Shown: positions 1 to 14,597, numbered from the whole stretch's first letter. The stretch is DNA of 63,066 nt, filler included, from Folioceros fuciformis (GCA_049999805.1; 8 parts of 8 records of this genome joined end to end with filler, not necessarily neighbours in it); one strand, 5' to 3'. Made by a program: numbers and translations. Notes: a model not told the origin generated them from the letters alone.

Positions 1-23
1 AGTAGAGCTCTGCCAGGGCAGCG

Positions 24-858
24 ATGTCTCTCCATGTTGCCGCTGCCGGACTTCCGGCTCTCGGCAGAGTCTCGTGCAAGGGCCAGAGGATGGCAGGGAC
101 AGCCGCCGGCCTGCGGCTTCCAGCAGATAGGATGGCCCTCAAGACTGCATTTTACAATGCTGGATCCTCGTTAGCGCTGCCGGACACGGATTCTTCGTCC
201 CCTCCGAGGATCACAATGCGTACAGCTGCCAAGGGAGCTTACATCTGCAAGGATTGCGGGTGATTTCCTGTGGCTCCTGTATTTTGCACGTGCCCGCTGA
301 TAACTATAGTGTGGTGCAGGCCACTTCGTGGCCTCTCAGGATCACCACTCTCAACGAACGCTGCCGGCTAGGCTAAGATGCCAATTGACTTGTCTCTATG
401 ACCTCGTGATAACCGCAGATACATCTACACTGGCAGCAAATCCTTTGAGAAGCTTCCTGACGATTTTTACTGCCCAGGTCAGTGTACCACTTGGCTAGCT
501 GTCGTGCCAGAATCAGCAGAGCCAGACTTACATTTTGTGCATGGTGCAGTCTGTGGTGCTCCGAAGCGGCGTTTCAAGCCCTATGATATGCCAGTAGCCA
601 AAAACGCGAATGATCAGTCCGTTCGGAAGGCAAGAAAGGCCGATCTTCAGAAAGATGCTGCCATTGGGTACGAGCCAGCTCTGTCCTTTGTTGTTAGTGG
701 CAAAGAGCTTTTCCATTTCAGTATTGGCCTATGTTTTAACCCACTGTGCTAAAGGCTAACCATCCTGGCATTTTGGCAGGAGTTCCCTTCCTATCGGCAT
801 TGCAGTTGGCCTTGCGGCCCTCGTTGGAATCTTCGTCTATTTGAACAGCACTATCTGA
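24..858 (+). CDS. Plastid-targeted rubredoxin-like protein with C-terminal transmembrane helix (4 exons, ~24-259, 419-477, 551-668, 780-858)
   Basis: The spliced product reads transit peptide, YICKDCG/YIYTGSKSFEKLPDDFYCP/VCGAPKRRF (two CxxC rubredoxin knuckles), then hydrophobic LPIGIAVGLAALVGIFVYL*. Introns are GT-AG. Confidence 0.9.
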
Positions 859-895
859 TCGAACATCTCCGGTCTCCGTAGGTTTTGACAAAGAT

Positions 896-978
896 GTTCC
901 CTTCCTATCGGCATCGCCGTGGGCTCGCGGCCCTGGTTGGAATCTTCGTCCATTCGAACGAGACTATCTGCTCGAATC
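896..978 (+). repeat. Diverged tandem duplicate of the rubredoxin last exon
   Basis: gttcccttcctatcggcatcgccgtgggctcgcggccctggttggaatcttcgtc aligns to 782-858 with substitutions and a small indel. Confidence 0.85.
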
Positions 979-1214
979 TGTAGTCCCTGTGGATTTAGAC
1001 GGAAATTTGTGTACACTACCTTCCGGGCAGAACCATTCAACACAATTTATGGCTGTCAATTGACCGCACACTTACGTTTCTAATGCTCAGCTTCCTGAAA
1101 CATGCCGACCTCATAAAACGAGCGAACGGATCTGTAAACGCCTCTAGCCACACAGCAATATACCGCCTGCAGTTCAAGATGGAAAGCCATACTGTGTAGT
1201 CTCCCAACACAATT

Positions 1215-2275
1215 CTAAAAATTGAGAAGAATTCTCTCCTTTGCAACACCCTCTTCGAGCAACAACAAGGTCACTTCCNNNNNNNNNNNNNNNNNNNNNN
1301 NNNNNNNNNNNNNNNNNNNNNNNNNNNNNNNNNNNNNNNNNNNNNNNNNNNNNNNNNNNNNNNNNNNNNNNNNNNNNNGCCCTTGTGACCGCACAGAACG
1401 GCGCCAGCTTGTGCTGGATTCCCAATGCCCTTGTTTTTGGAAAATGCCGCCTGCACATATCCCTGCTCCCCGGCCCACGTCCCGTCAGCAGGCTGTGACA
1501 AGACAGGCACAATTTGCACCCCAGAAGCCTCCCACTCCCTAAACCTATCCTGGAAAGCCATCCGCTCCAGATTCCTGGCCCCGTAGAATAGTCTGACATC
1601 TTTCCGACGGTGCGCTTCAATCCCGGACTCCAGAAGAGCTCGTACGGGACTGATCCCCGAGCCCGTGGCAAAGAGCAAGACTGTGGGATACTCCTCCGCG
1701 GGGGACACCTGCGAGATGTTGAAGCCGCTTCCCATCACCTGGCTCAGCTCCACTCTATCCCCCTTCCCCAGCCCACATAGGAGGGCCGCCGTGCTGCCCT
1801 CGACATCCTTCACCAGGAACTCAAACACGCCCTTGGCAGCCAGCTGCGGCGGCGAGCTGATGGCCAGGAACGCGGGCTTACTGTCTCCCACGCGCACCTG
1901 CACGAACTGGCCTGGCCTGGTGTACCCGTCCATCAGCTGCCTGTTACCGCTCACGTCCAGCACAAAGTGGTAGAGCTGCTCCGCGGCCAAAGCGACATCG
2001 GCAACCGGAGCCTCTGCCCACAGCACCTCCTGCTTCCATGCCGCCCTAGCCAAGCCACCTACCGCTCTCCTGCTGCTCCATCGCTTGAAGGTGCCCACCG
2101 CCGCCCTCCTCCCACATACCAATGCCATTCCATGGGGTCTCCCCCTAAATGCTATACAACCGGAAGAAGGTGAAGCAACTGGAGACAGCCCACCCGCACC
2201 TGCATGGGAGGCAAAGCAGCCAGACTGCGGACCTTGAATGTGTCGCAGGGCTGGGCAGCCAACAGTTAGGGCCAT
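1215..2275 (-). CDS. Plastid FAD/NAD(P)-binding oxidoreductase, FNR-like (pKIWI502-like); interrupted by N gap 1279-1378
   Basis: Motifs PGQFVQVRV, AISSPP, FEFLVKDVEG, LFATGSGISPVRA, LFYGARN and LCGHKG. The C-terminus EVTLLLLEEGVAKERILLNF* lies after the gap. Confidence 0.9.
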
Positions 2276-2568
2276 AGCTCCACCGGCGATCTGGCACGCG
2301 AGCCATCGCCATTCACCATTTTGGCATAAATCCCATACTCAAGCAAATTCCACCGGTACCTACAGAACTATTACTAACCTATTTCCTGGGACCAAACCAA
2401 GACTCGAGACAATTGAATTCATAGGACAACAGCTTCAATAGAAACAAACGACCTGTGTATGTATGTATGTACGTACGTATGTACTTTGAGAAAGCACAAA
2501 GCATACGTACATACTTTACAAGAGTCAAAATGAAACTGACGTTACAAGGCACCCGTGGGGCTAGCCAA

Positions 2569-5472
2569 TCAATCGGGCAAGGGCAAGTCCGCTCCAAGAT
2601 AGAGCTGTTTCTTGTGGCCTATAAGGATCAAATTCCCAGTCTGCACAGCCGAACACAACAGAAAGTTCAACACCCTGGCTGCGTACTTGGACCAATTCTG
2701 GCGCCAGGGGGCAGAGAGCGGAAACGCTGACCTCAGTGCCAGCCACTATCTGGTCTCCAGTTGGATGGGCGGCAACTGATGAAACCGACTCAGATGTCGA
2801 CACCGTACCATCCACGTCTTCAACACCATCCCTGAATGTGCACAAGTCCGAACCTTAGTAGCAAGACGGGAACTGGATCTCTGAAGACTGGGCCACTTCA
2901 GCTTACCCCTCGGTGTTCATGCACTGTGTATTTCGACCAGATGTGAAATCGAGGAAGTAAATGCCAGCGAATTTCGGAGCTCCAACCACGCAAACCTGAT
3001 GCGTCAGCCGTATGCTCAGATCACGAGCAACGTAGAAGCTTTGTCATCAAGACATTTCCGTGAAGAGATTAACTCACAGAACAAGTACGTAGCCATGTTG
3101 TTCCTTTCCTATTCCGAAAAGGCCTGCATGAAGACCACTAAACTTGTCATGATCTTGCAGAGGCCAAGGAAAGTGACAAAGTTACCTTTGGGACTGGCAG
3201 GGTGCCACAGGAGACATACTCGGTGCGAGGGGGAGGAGAATGCAGATGCGTCACACCAAGGGTTGCGACATCTAGTATACCTGTCCTGCATCGAGATAAA
3301 CCTTCTCTGTTGAGTTGTCAACCAATCAGACAACATATTCTCCGTGCGTAGGAATCACTTCAAGTGGAACACGTGCCCCAAATAGTGGTAGGCGACATAC
3401 CAACCGTTGCAGAGGTGAAAAGCCAATTGCAGGCCATTGGCTGGGTTCACAGCTAATGAGGCGATGCCATTACTGAAGCTGGCTAGTTGAAGCCCCTGCA
3501 CCAGGTGTAACAGGTCCAGTCATCTCGGTGCCTGATGCCACAAATGGGCCACATGTCCACCATGCTGCACCTACCCTCTTGTCCTTGATTTGCGTAACTA
3601 TGTCCACAGCACCCAGAAGGGGATGATACACCTGTAATACAACGTCCATCAGAACGAAGAGACCACCATCGAAGAGTGAAGCAGGGCGACGAAAGTCATC
3701 CATGAATGAGGACCTCGGAAGAGCTGACAAATGCTGCAGAGTGACCTCCTCGAAGGTCCCAGGCGTAAATCCATCCGTCAAGACCACCTCCGTAGACTAC
3801 CTGCAAACAGATTGCCATGTAAATCTCGACACATGCACTAAAGATACACTTATATTGCATTGTTACACTGCTAAACTTATCATTGCTGTGTACTCAAGTT
3901 TCCACGACAGTCATCTGACACAAGGAGAAAACCTGGTCGTCCGATGAGATGTGAATGCACTCCAGGGCGACTATATGGGATGGGACGCCAAAGGAGACCA
4001 CTGGAGTTTTTCGTACTCGCTTATCCCACAAATGAATTTTTCCAGATGTGCCAGAGGCCAAAATCCTGCAGCACGAGAGCCTATCAGCCTGAGTATGCAG
4101 ACAGCTGCTGGTCAGCGAACATGTTTGCTGATGAGTCTTCAAACGCACCTGGAGGGTCCAGAGTGGGAGAAACATATGCCAGTGAGAACCCCTAGCAGTT
4201 GTGTAGCTTTTAAACCAAGTACCTGCACATAGGGAAATGCGAATTCTCAAAACACGCGTGCAGATTGCAACACGATTCCTGATGGCATGCACAACCTCTA
4301 TTCCTTTTTTTCTTTTATTTCGGGGAACCAAGTCTGAAGGCTTGTTTGAGACCGCTTTACGTCTGAGGGCTTGTCTGAGACGCATGCTATGTCGTACATT
4401 AGTACATTCGTTCCTGCTGCTAGCACACAAGCTACCTGCCATTACAATACAGAAGTCAGTTTATTCTAGAATAATGAAAGGCAAGACATCCGAGGATCAG
4501 CTCCTCGGCACTGTAGTGAGAGTGCCTACTTCATCTTGATTCAAAGGGTTCCAAAGAACAGAACGTAGTTTTCGATTCGTTCGAAAAATAGCTAAGCGAG
4601 AGACGTCACCAGTATTTGGGTCTGAACCTCCAAGGACAACAAACGCCTATGAGAAGCCAGCAAGGACTACAAGAAATTTCGAGGAATTTCAGAGTAACAA
4701 GACAAGCAACGTAGTGTGTCATGACTTCAGCGGACCTCTAGCAGCAGTACGTATGGAGTCAAAGTCATGGATGGAGAGACACCCAGCATCACCTACAGAA
4801 GCAAGATATACTCCCTGCAATACAACCTCGACAGTTGGCGAAATTCAAATATACAGTGCTTGATGGAGCATAGACCTACCAGCCAGGGGAAACAGGACCC
4901 AAGTGACCTCTTACAAGAAAGAGTGTTGATAGATTTTAACCTTAGAATCGAAGTCCAGCCAATTCACTGGTTGTCTGCGAGCGAATTGCAATAGTCGTCA
5001 CCATCGAGGAATACAAAGATAAACCCTAAATCCTAGAAGATCAACGGAGTTTGAGTTAAGACAATCTCACCTCATGCAAGAAGGGTCAAAAGAAGAGTAG
5101 GACTGCCGGATACATCCAATCTGGAACGGAAGACACTATTCAATTGAAAGTCCAGTGGCATCCTGACTCCAGAAGCATTTTCAAGTTAGCAACTGGACAA
5201 ACGCGTGGCTTGTCAATTACCTCTGCATAGGACCGCAAAAAGAGATTCTGTAGGCGAAGTTGTGCTGGCGAGTCAAATCTCCCGTCGACTTCACGGGCGC
5301 TGAGGTCCATTCCATTCCGCCTTGCACGAGAAGACTGAATGTCAACTAGAACCACGTAGACCTAGCATATTGCAGAATACTGACTTTCGATCGCATACCT
5401 TTGTAGGGGTTTTGTATCAGTGGAGCAGTCTGACTCAGCGTGAACAGCTCCTCGGACAACAAATCGGTCCAT
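2569..5472 (-). CDS. Multi-exon plant WD40-repeat protein
   Basis: Exons give MDRFVVRG..., RRNGMDLSAREVDGRF, ILASGTSGKIHLWDKR, IASLAVNPANGLQLAFHLCNGW, SESVSSVAAHPTGDQIVAGTE and TGNLILIG...*. Boundaries are GT-AG. Confidence 0.8.
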
Positions 5473-6826
5473 ATTGCACGATGGCTTCGAGGTGCCCCAC
5501 CGACAGCAGGTGGAGGAAGACTGCAGACTGTCCTGCCTAATCTATCGTTGTCGGGATGGGAAAACGGAAATGTCAACCAGCTTCTTCATCAGGAGAGGAA
5601 GCGGGAACGCGGCGTTCTAAAGTAAGGACATGTGGTAGTATGTTATTCCATGTTAGTTCTTTCAGTGTGCAATGAGGAGGAGGGTCGAAGGATGTGTGGC
5701 AGCGCAGACGGCTATAGTTACAATAATCTCGTGGTATCGACAGCGGTATCATGCAGCTGCCGTCCTGCGTGAAGCAGAAGCAGATTCCTTGACTTCGAAT
5801 TTGAGCAACTGGATGTGAAGCCCTAGCATCGGTCCTTGAATCTTGAAAGGACCCTTCTGTCTCACTCACCTGGATCCACAATGCCGGTGGCAAAAGCTGG
5901 AAAATGTGGTGCAGCTCCTTACCTCGGGGAGCATGTTGGAGGGTCGTGTGTTAAGTGTGTGTGTTCTACTGGGCGGGTTATGGTGTGAGGAGAACATTGT
6001 GGTCCTTTGGATAGAAGGCACAAGTACCCCTGCAACTGCCGTAGAGAAGATGCAGACAGCTCAAATCATACGCTGTGGCATGCAGAGCAGAGGAGACACG
6101 GAGGACGGGACAAGAAGTTGCTCTTTGGATGTGCAAGTTCTGTTTCGGTGTGTTACAACGTTGGGATACGCTTGGTTGCGTCGTCTGAGGAGGACTCCCC
6201 TTTTCCGCTCGTTGGCCTTTGAATGCTCGTCGCCGACTACAACAGTGCAACGGAATGCAGAGGGGCCTGTTCACGCAGATGGCCGATGAGTGAGCACGAA
6301 GTCAAGGGCGACAGTGTACGCATATGCATACATCTCTCATTACAGGAGTGGCAATTGTTACTGTACTTTGTGTGTGCTGCAGGGCAACAAGGGTGGCACA
6401 TGCTTAAAATCACTGCCACCAGCTGGTACAGTCCCTGACTGACTCGAACAAGATTGGCGCAACATGACAGTTTGTACAAAAGCTTGATGAGATATGCAAG
6501 CATGACGCGTTTGGCTTGCCCCAAGTATGGAATCGGATGCTGGTGGTTACAAGACCCAGTGTCAGCAAGCTAAAGAAGGGGAGACTGTGTACAGTGTATC
6601 TTTGTCCCAGGACCCACATGGGGAGAAAAACATCACGACCCCACGTTTATGCGTATCATATCCTGCCCACCAAAACATTTGTCGTAAAACTTTGTTGTAA
6701 GGCTCGCTGCATGCAACGCCAAGCGAGCCTTACAACGCCAGATGTAGTCGGCCATGGTTTTGTGGGCATGGCACTGGGAGGGGGCAAGCATGCGGGAGAG
6801 GCGCGGAGTGGGCATGCCCTGTTTGA

Positions 6827-6926
6827 NNNNNNNNNNNNNNNNNNNNNNNNNNNNNNNNNNNNNNNNNNNNTTAATTAATTAANNNNNNNNNNNNNNNNNN
6901 NNNNNNNNNNNNNNNNNNNNNNNNNN
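6827..6926. other. Artificial scaffold spacer 44N-TTAATTAATTAA-44N. Identical spacers at 21991-22090, 30199-30298, 33663-33762, 45101-45200, 53126-53225 and 61066-61165
   Basis: The same 100-nt layout occurs seven times, with a six-frame-stop 12-mer in the middle. Genes are truncated at these joins. Plain 100-N gaps elsewhere look like intra-scaffold gaps. Confidence 0.97.
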
Positions 6927-7390
6927 ATGCCGCGCGGAACCGCCACGACCTGGCCCTTTCTGATGATCCGGTAGTCCCGTCGCGCTCCCATCGGAAGGCT
7001 CATTCCCATGATTGCCGACCCTGCCATCAGTCTCAATCTAGAATCAGCACTAGACTACATCTCAAATCGTAGAAACCAGCAGAACGCACATTCAGACGCT
7101 CAGCTCCGATCCAAATGCTCACCTCGTGAACAGTAGAACAACATCGATGAGTCGGCGTACGTAGGAAGCATCAGCCCGCGCTCCTTGAGGTGAACCCGCA
7201 CGCCTTCCGTGCGCGCATTCTTCAGCAACTCATGCTGTTCAGAACGCCACATGTCGAGCCGTCCCCCCTTTGACTCGTGCATCTTCTCGGACTTCAGTAT
7301 CGACTGCCTCTCCTCACGGCCCATCGCCGTGGCCAGTAGTGAGGCCAGCAGGAGGCTGGCCACCACCACTCTTACCCTTCCCGTCGCCAT
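6927..7390 (-). CDS. Secreted 11S globulin/legumin-like cupin, 5' part (exons 7390-7123 and 7020-6927, cut at spacer)
   Basis: Signal peptide MATGRVRVVVASLLLASLLATAMG. ESKGGRLDMW, RVHLKERGLMLPTYADSSMLFYCSRG/SAIMGMSLP and RIIRKGQVVAVPRG match legumin cupin-1 motifs. Confidence 0.75.
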
Positions 7391-8201
7391 AGTTGCAACT
7401 TCGATCAGCAGAGCAGAGCTGTTAGACACCAAGCAGTCGATGCAAGCACCCAAGTGTGTGACAGAACAAGCAGGGGCCGGCTTCTTGTAGAAGGCCGGTG
7501 ACGCCACAGCTGGAACCACGTCCAATTATCCCGCATGCAACTCCCCGTTAAACACTGTTGCCAGGCCTTGTGGTTCCGAAACGTTCTGAAACCGCCGCAG
7601 GTGTCTTCACTTGGTTCCCAAAGCCCACTTGGTGGGCTTTCACCACTGGCAGTTGGCGCCATGCTTTGCATCAGCAGGCTCCATGTAGGAACACCACTAG
7701 TACTCTTCCTTGCAGTCCCAGGGCTTTGGGATATGGATCACTTTTCGCTGTGAGTCCGTCAGTCAAGTGCAGTGATCCTGCAGCCTTTTTCATTGGCTTG
7801 AGTTTCTACTCAAGCAAAAGAGAAGCAGACAGTATTCCAAGGATGCCTTGGGGAAGACACATGTGGCGAAACTCAAGACTATTTTACTTTTTTCTGTGTG
7901 CTATAAATGAAGAGACTTCACACAGACAACCGTTTAAACCTATCAGCCCCGCGTCGTTGCTGGGCATTTCACGTCCTTAACACAAAGATCAATGGAGATC
8001 AAAACAAAAAAATCGGCTTTGATACTAAGCTTGGAGTGCCAAAAGTTCTCACACGTTTGCAAATTCACATTCCCTAGTGTACATACGGGCACCCACTAGG
8101 CAGGTTTCCATGCGGCCATTGACTCACCGAAGGTATAATACAATCCGTCTTATAATAAGCCTCAAGCTGGACAAAACAGAGTGACACCATAGCATGTAAC
8201 A

Positions 8202-9551
8202 TCAAGGCTTCACGTGTTTCCTCATGAACTTCTCAATTTCCTCGGTCTTCCCCGTTACAATAGAAGCCTCAACAAGCATCACCTTGTTCTCTTTGACGTC
8301 GGTAAATTTGAATGGTTTACCCTCTACACCGAGATAGACATCGGTGCTGAGGTCAGCATCTGAAATTGCTCGCCTTGAGACTCTCAACTTGTCTCTGCAA
8401 AGGGCAACGCAAATCCATTACCCCGAGAAAACAGGCTTTTACGTCAATCGACAGCAAGCAGACCACTTTCGCCCTCAGAATACTCACATCTCCTTCTCAA
8501 TCTGATTCCTAATAAACTCCGTGGAGTGAGCCGTCGGTTTGTCCTTCTTATTGCATACCAGAAGGACAGGTAATTTTCTCCTCACCACAAGTCCTTTCGT
8601 GAGGATATCATACAAATACCTGCAAGGAAGTACTCTTGGATTCAGGCCCCACTCGAGCACAACCCAATCCCTCAGACCCAGAAATTGCGGGATAAGAACT
8701 CACTCTGCGCTTGCTCCCATGGATAAGGGAAAATCCACTGCATCAACCAAAAAAACGATGGCCTGAGCTCTGGGGAGATACTCATCCAACTTCGACCTCA
8801 ATCTGGCCTCTCCGGGTATATCCACGACATGGATCGTCTTGATTTTGCCAGTCTGTAGAACGCGGAAATTACAAGACAACCCTTCCACAAAGTTTCTCTC
8901 CGCCAGAAAGCACGAAACCCCTTTGCAGCTCACCTTGGATGACTCCGAGTGCAGAATAAATTGACCCTCGTTAGGCTCCATGGACGTCACTGTGCCTTGG
9001 TGAGTCGTTCCATCCCGCAGCTGTCAATACGCAATTCAGATACCTCACGCAAGCGAACGGGAAAGCGAAGTTTCCGAATCACCGAAAACCTACACCCAGC
9101 CTAGCCTTCACGTCCCTCCCACCTTTCTAATCCTTCCCCGCATTTCCACCTACGGCCAAAGAGAAGAAAGCTCCAGGCCCCACCTGGTAAAACAGAGCAG
9201 TCTTCCCAGCCCCGCTCAGGCCCGTCAGAAGCACCGTGTCACTCCTCTTGCGCTTAGACGCAGCTCGGATCACTGAAAGGCAGGATAAGATCAGAACCCC
9301 GGAATTCCACTTCAACAACAGCCCGTGTCCACGACCTGATCCGCACCTAGAAATATCAAGAGCAGAGTGACCAGCAGCGCGGCCAAGCTCCCAACCAGCG
9401 CCGCATCCCGCTGTTGCTCCAAAAACGCATGCAGCCCATCGAGAAACACGGAAGGCTGGATCTGCGTGCGCAGCAGATCCTGATCCAGCGGCAGCACCCC
9501 TCCCTCCACCTCCAGCCATCCCTCTCCGACCTCTTGGTACGCTTCCCCCAT
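8202..9551 (-). CDS. SRPRB: Signal recognition particle receptor beta subunit (multi-exon)
   Basis: N-terminal TM helix, P-loop VLLTGLSGAGKTALFYQ, VVDIPGEARLR, IVFLVDAVDF, NKKD-type G4 motif, C-terminus FMRKHVKP*. Confidence 0.92.
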
Positions 9552-11062
9552 TTTCCCGCTCGCTCGATTCCTGCTTCCCAGACACAAGAAAGAGACCAGC
9601 GACACAATAAGAAGGGTCGCATGTGAAAGCCCCAGATAATCTGACGCGACCGAGCAGGTCTGAACCGGGCCGGGCCGGGCCGGGCTCCATCCGTCCTTAT
9701 TAGGGCGCCCGGGATTTACACCTCAGCTCCGCATGATTGTGCTGGTTGCTATGTCCGTGTTCCATAGCCTCCGTCATTTGGAACAAAGTAGATAGGCATG
9801 GAGTCTAGGCGTTGTGTCTGTGCTTCTCGGTGCTCTCTGCTTGGAAGAGAAGGTGCTAGCAGGAACATGACAGCCCTTACCTTCACTCTGTGAAAATGCT
9901 CCTTGCATGGATGTCGTTCTTGAAATTGGCACGCGGGTTGTTCTTGAAGTGGTGCGAACGTTGCAGGCTGATCAGATGGGGAAAAGGGGTAAGGGTTGGC
10001 ATGGGACAGAACGTACTGTACATACGGACTTCAACAGGGGTTTCCTTGAAAGCAATAGAAGGGCAACACGCCTTCTTCACGTCTTGCTCCATGCAGAGTA
10101 GAGCTAAGCAGCCAATCTTGCCTCAGACCAGAGATAGAGAATCTTCACTTGCCAGCTTCTCGTCACCTTGCAGGCAGCCAGGCAGATGAGTATCTGACAA
10201 GGCCATCGAAGTGCACTGCCGATGTGAGGTGAATGCGGCATCCATGTGATACCAACCAAAGGTGAAACAGAAGGCCAGGACAGGGCTACGATGTGTGATG
10301 TCCCAAGCAAGAAAGCTCACAAAGATCTGCCTGGCAGGGACAAAGGACAATCACCATGCAGGAGCTGTTAGCCTGAGTGAGTGCCCTCTTTCCCTTCCCT
10401 CTTCCTTCATCTCTTTCATTCCTCACCCGAATCTGACAACCCCTGGGCATACTTCGCACCTGAGATGTGAAGGAAAGTCTGGCAGGCTTCTGAGAGGGAC
10501 GTTGCGGAGACTTGCCCCGAGATACGTCCCTAAAACAAGTGGCCCAATATTACGCCTTCCTGAACAACAAGCGTCCCCGCTTGGTGTTCAGGGATGCACA
10601 ATTGTAGCCACTAAGAATTTGGAGACGCAGCTTGCTTGCGGTTGCTAGTTAACATTTGGGACCGTCATCAGTCAGTGCTCTACATCCGCCTTCCGTTATG
10701 GCTGAATGCTGAGTTCCCCACTTGACATCGGCCTGGTACGTCGTACCAGATGAGCTCCTTCTCCCTTCTCAGGAGATCTGGGAACCTTTCTTCCTCCACG
10801 CACTCCTGATCCTCACTGCGCAGAAAGCCACTATTCCTTTGCACTGTCTCCATAATCACATCACACAGCACACTCCCAGACAGCATACCCAGCAACTTGG
10901 AAACTGTACGTCTCGATAGCATGTGCAAAATCGTTGGTGCCAGTAATGCCCGTTCGGAACTAAAATATCTGACCGTTCTGAACTAGCATACAATAAAGTA
11001 GATAATTAGCATAAAATAGAGTATCAGGTTTTAGCAATTACTTCAGTACTTGCTAAAACTTT

Positions 11063-11080
11063 AAACCCTAAAAGCCCTAA
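11063..11080 (+). promoter_or_regulatory. Telo-box (AAACCCTAA) upstream of RPL3
   Basis: AAACCCTAA lies ~150 nt upstream of the ATG, with a variant copy next to it. A reverse copy sits in intron 1 (~11364). Telo-boxes are typical of plant ribosomal protein genes. Confidence 0.6.
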
Positions 11081-11134
11081 CTCGGGAAGCACCCTTTCCT
11101 AACTTCACGTTAGGTCTTGAGCGTCTAGACCTAA

Positions 11135-12731
<1,597 letters not shown>

Positions 12732-13416
12732 AGGTCGTGACCGCATGTTGTGGACAGGCGCAGAGTGTTTTTTAGGAGGGGTAATGAGGGGTAATGCCCT
12801 TGTCGGCACACTTATTTCATGTGGTATTGTTCTCGGACTCGCATGAGTTTTGAAGTTATTTTTTTCCGGCACCTCTCTCACTTGTCTGGCTGAGACCCTG
12901 ACCAGAGCACAGTAGCCGCGTCGTGAATTACTTGGTGTTCCGTACCGTGTCTTGCCAGCCGTGAGGAATGTCTCGGATGTTTTCATGACTAGCACGCATG
13001 TATGTAGTGGGAGGGTGGGTGCACCCGCACGCTCTAGCATCTCCTTGGAGTCCATGATCGATTGATGATGGTGCTGCGATGCGGGTACGGTGTGGTTCCA
13101 AGGCCGGACTGCCCCCGGATGATTCGTGGCGTCTCCTGGGCCAGCTGATTCGTGACTAGAGCAAGACTGATCGAACCGGGCTTCTTTCGCTTTCACCATC
13201 AATCACAGCCAGAGACAAACTGATAATCGCGTGTAGACGCCACAGTGTAGTAATGCTGGCTAACATTCTATCAGGACACTCAAATCGCCTATGCAAGTAA
13301 AAGTTATGCGGAACTGTTTTTCGACTGTTTTTCCTACTCTATATTCTGACACGTTCACTTGGGTTGACAGTTTGGCAATGTCGGAAGGAATCCGAGTATT
13401 ATCCCTTGTCCACTCA

Positions 13417-14597
13417 TCACAGGTGGCCGGGGGGAGGCAGCTTGTTGTCTGAATCCATTGGCGGGCAGGATGCTGCAATTTCCAGTAAATAGTGGTGCAA
13501 GCTTTCTGGGGCAGAGAAAAAGGGGCTGTGGTCGGCATCCAGGTCAAAGACTCGCGCAGGGGGGTTACTCTGGATGCATACGTCTGCCACCTCCACAGGA
13601 AAAACAAGATCCCTGGTGCACCTGATGAACACCCTGTTGACAGACCCGTACTTGTACGAAGTGTGAGGAGTTTCGATCTCCACCAGACCCAGGTTAGGGA
13701 AAGGCCTCAGCAAGAGACTGGCCAGAGTCACATCCTGTAGGTGCATGGGGGCATCGTTCAGTAGCCACAGTGTCGCTGTTCTAAACATGTTACTGCTCCT
13801 AACAACTGACCATGGAAAGAACACTTGGTTGAAGCTTGATGTACACATTGGGCTGCTGTTCTGTTACCTCCGGCGGACACAGGTGATAGAAAAGCTCATA
13901 GTGTCCGGGGCCGATGAAGCTTGTTCGCGCATTCTGTGCCATGCTCGAGAACTTGGCAGTCACCATGGAGAAAAACTGCGGCATGGCTTTCAGAGTCAGT
14001 GTGGCAGCCTGGGAGGGAACAAGGGCGAGGAGAAAGCTGTGGCACGGCTGTGAGAACCAGCTGCGGCAACGCAAGGGAACACCTTGGTATGGTATGGAGC
14101 TCTTGCCAATCCACGCTAGCCTTACCTTGTGCGTGGCCTTGTGGCCGGGGGCACCGGGCCTGCTCGGGAGCATCATGGCCGTGATGAAGACAGCAGTGGA
14201 GATTTTGTCAGGAAACCTCTCCATCACATAGGACACAATTACTCCTCCGAAACTGTGCCCGACAAGGATCACCTGCCACAGTTCCACACCCCGATTCACA
14301 GTCAGGCATTGGCATCAACCCTCGACGCACCGAAGGAGCTGTGACGTCAGTAACCTTCTCGTCGGAAGGCAATTCCTGGACGAAACGGAGCACAGGCTGC
14401 GCCAAGTGCGCGACAGACGTGACCGTGGCGGGGTCCGTGTTGTCGCGACCGCAGCCGGTCAGGTCCAGCGCAGTTGCTTTGTGGCCTTCTTTGTGGAGCA
14501 AACTGATGGTCTTATACCAGCACCAGGCGCCATGGCAGGCCCCGTGCACCAGCAGGAAATGCCTTGGGCCGGGAGTGTCAGCCAGTGTAGTCGCCAT
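13417..14597 (-). CDS. Methylesterase (MES/SABP2-like alpha/beta hydrolase), about 4 exons
   Basis: HFLLVHGACHGAWCWYK, nucleophile VGHSFGG, TRDLVFP (Asp), ADHSPFFSAP (His). Confidence 0.92.

Noticed and set aside
6871..6882. Recurrent TTAATTAATTAA palindrome as a biological motif
   Set aside because: It is always centred in 44N+44N, so it is an assembly linker.
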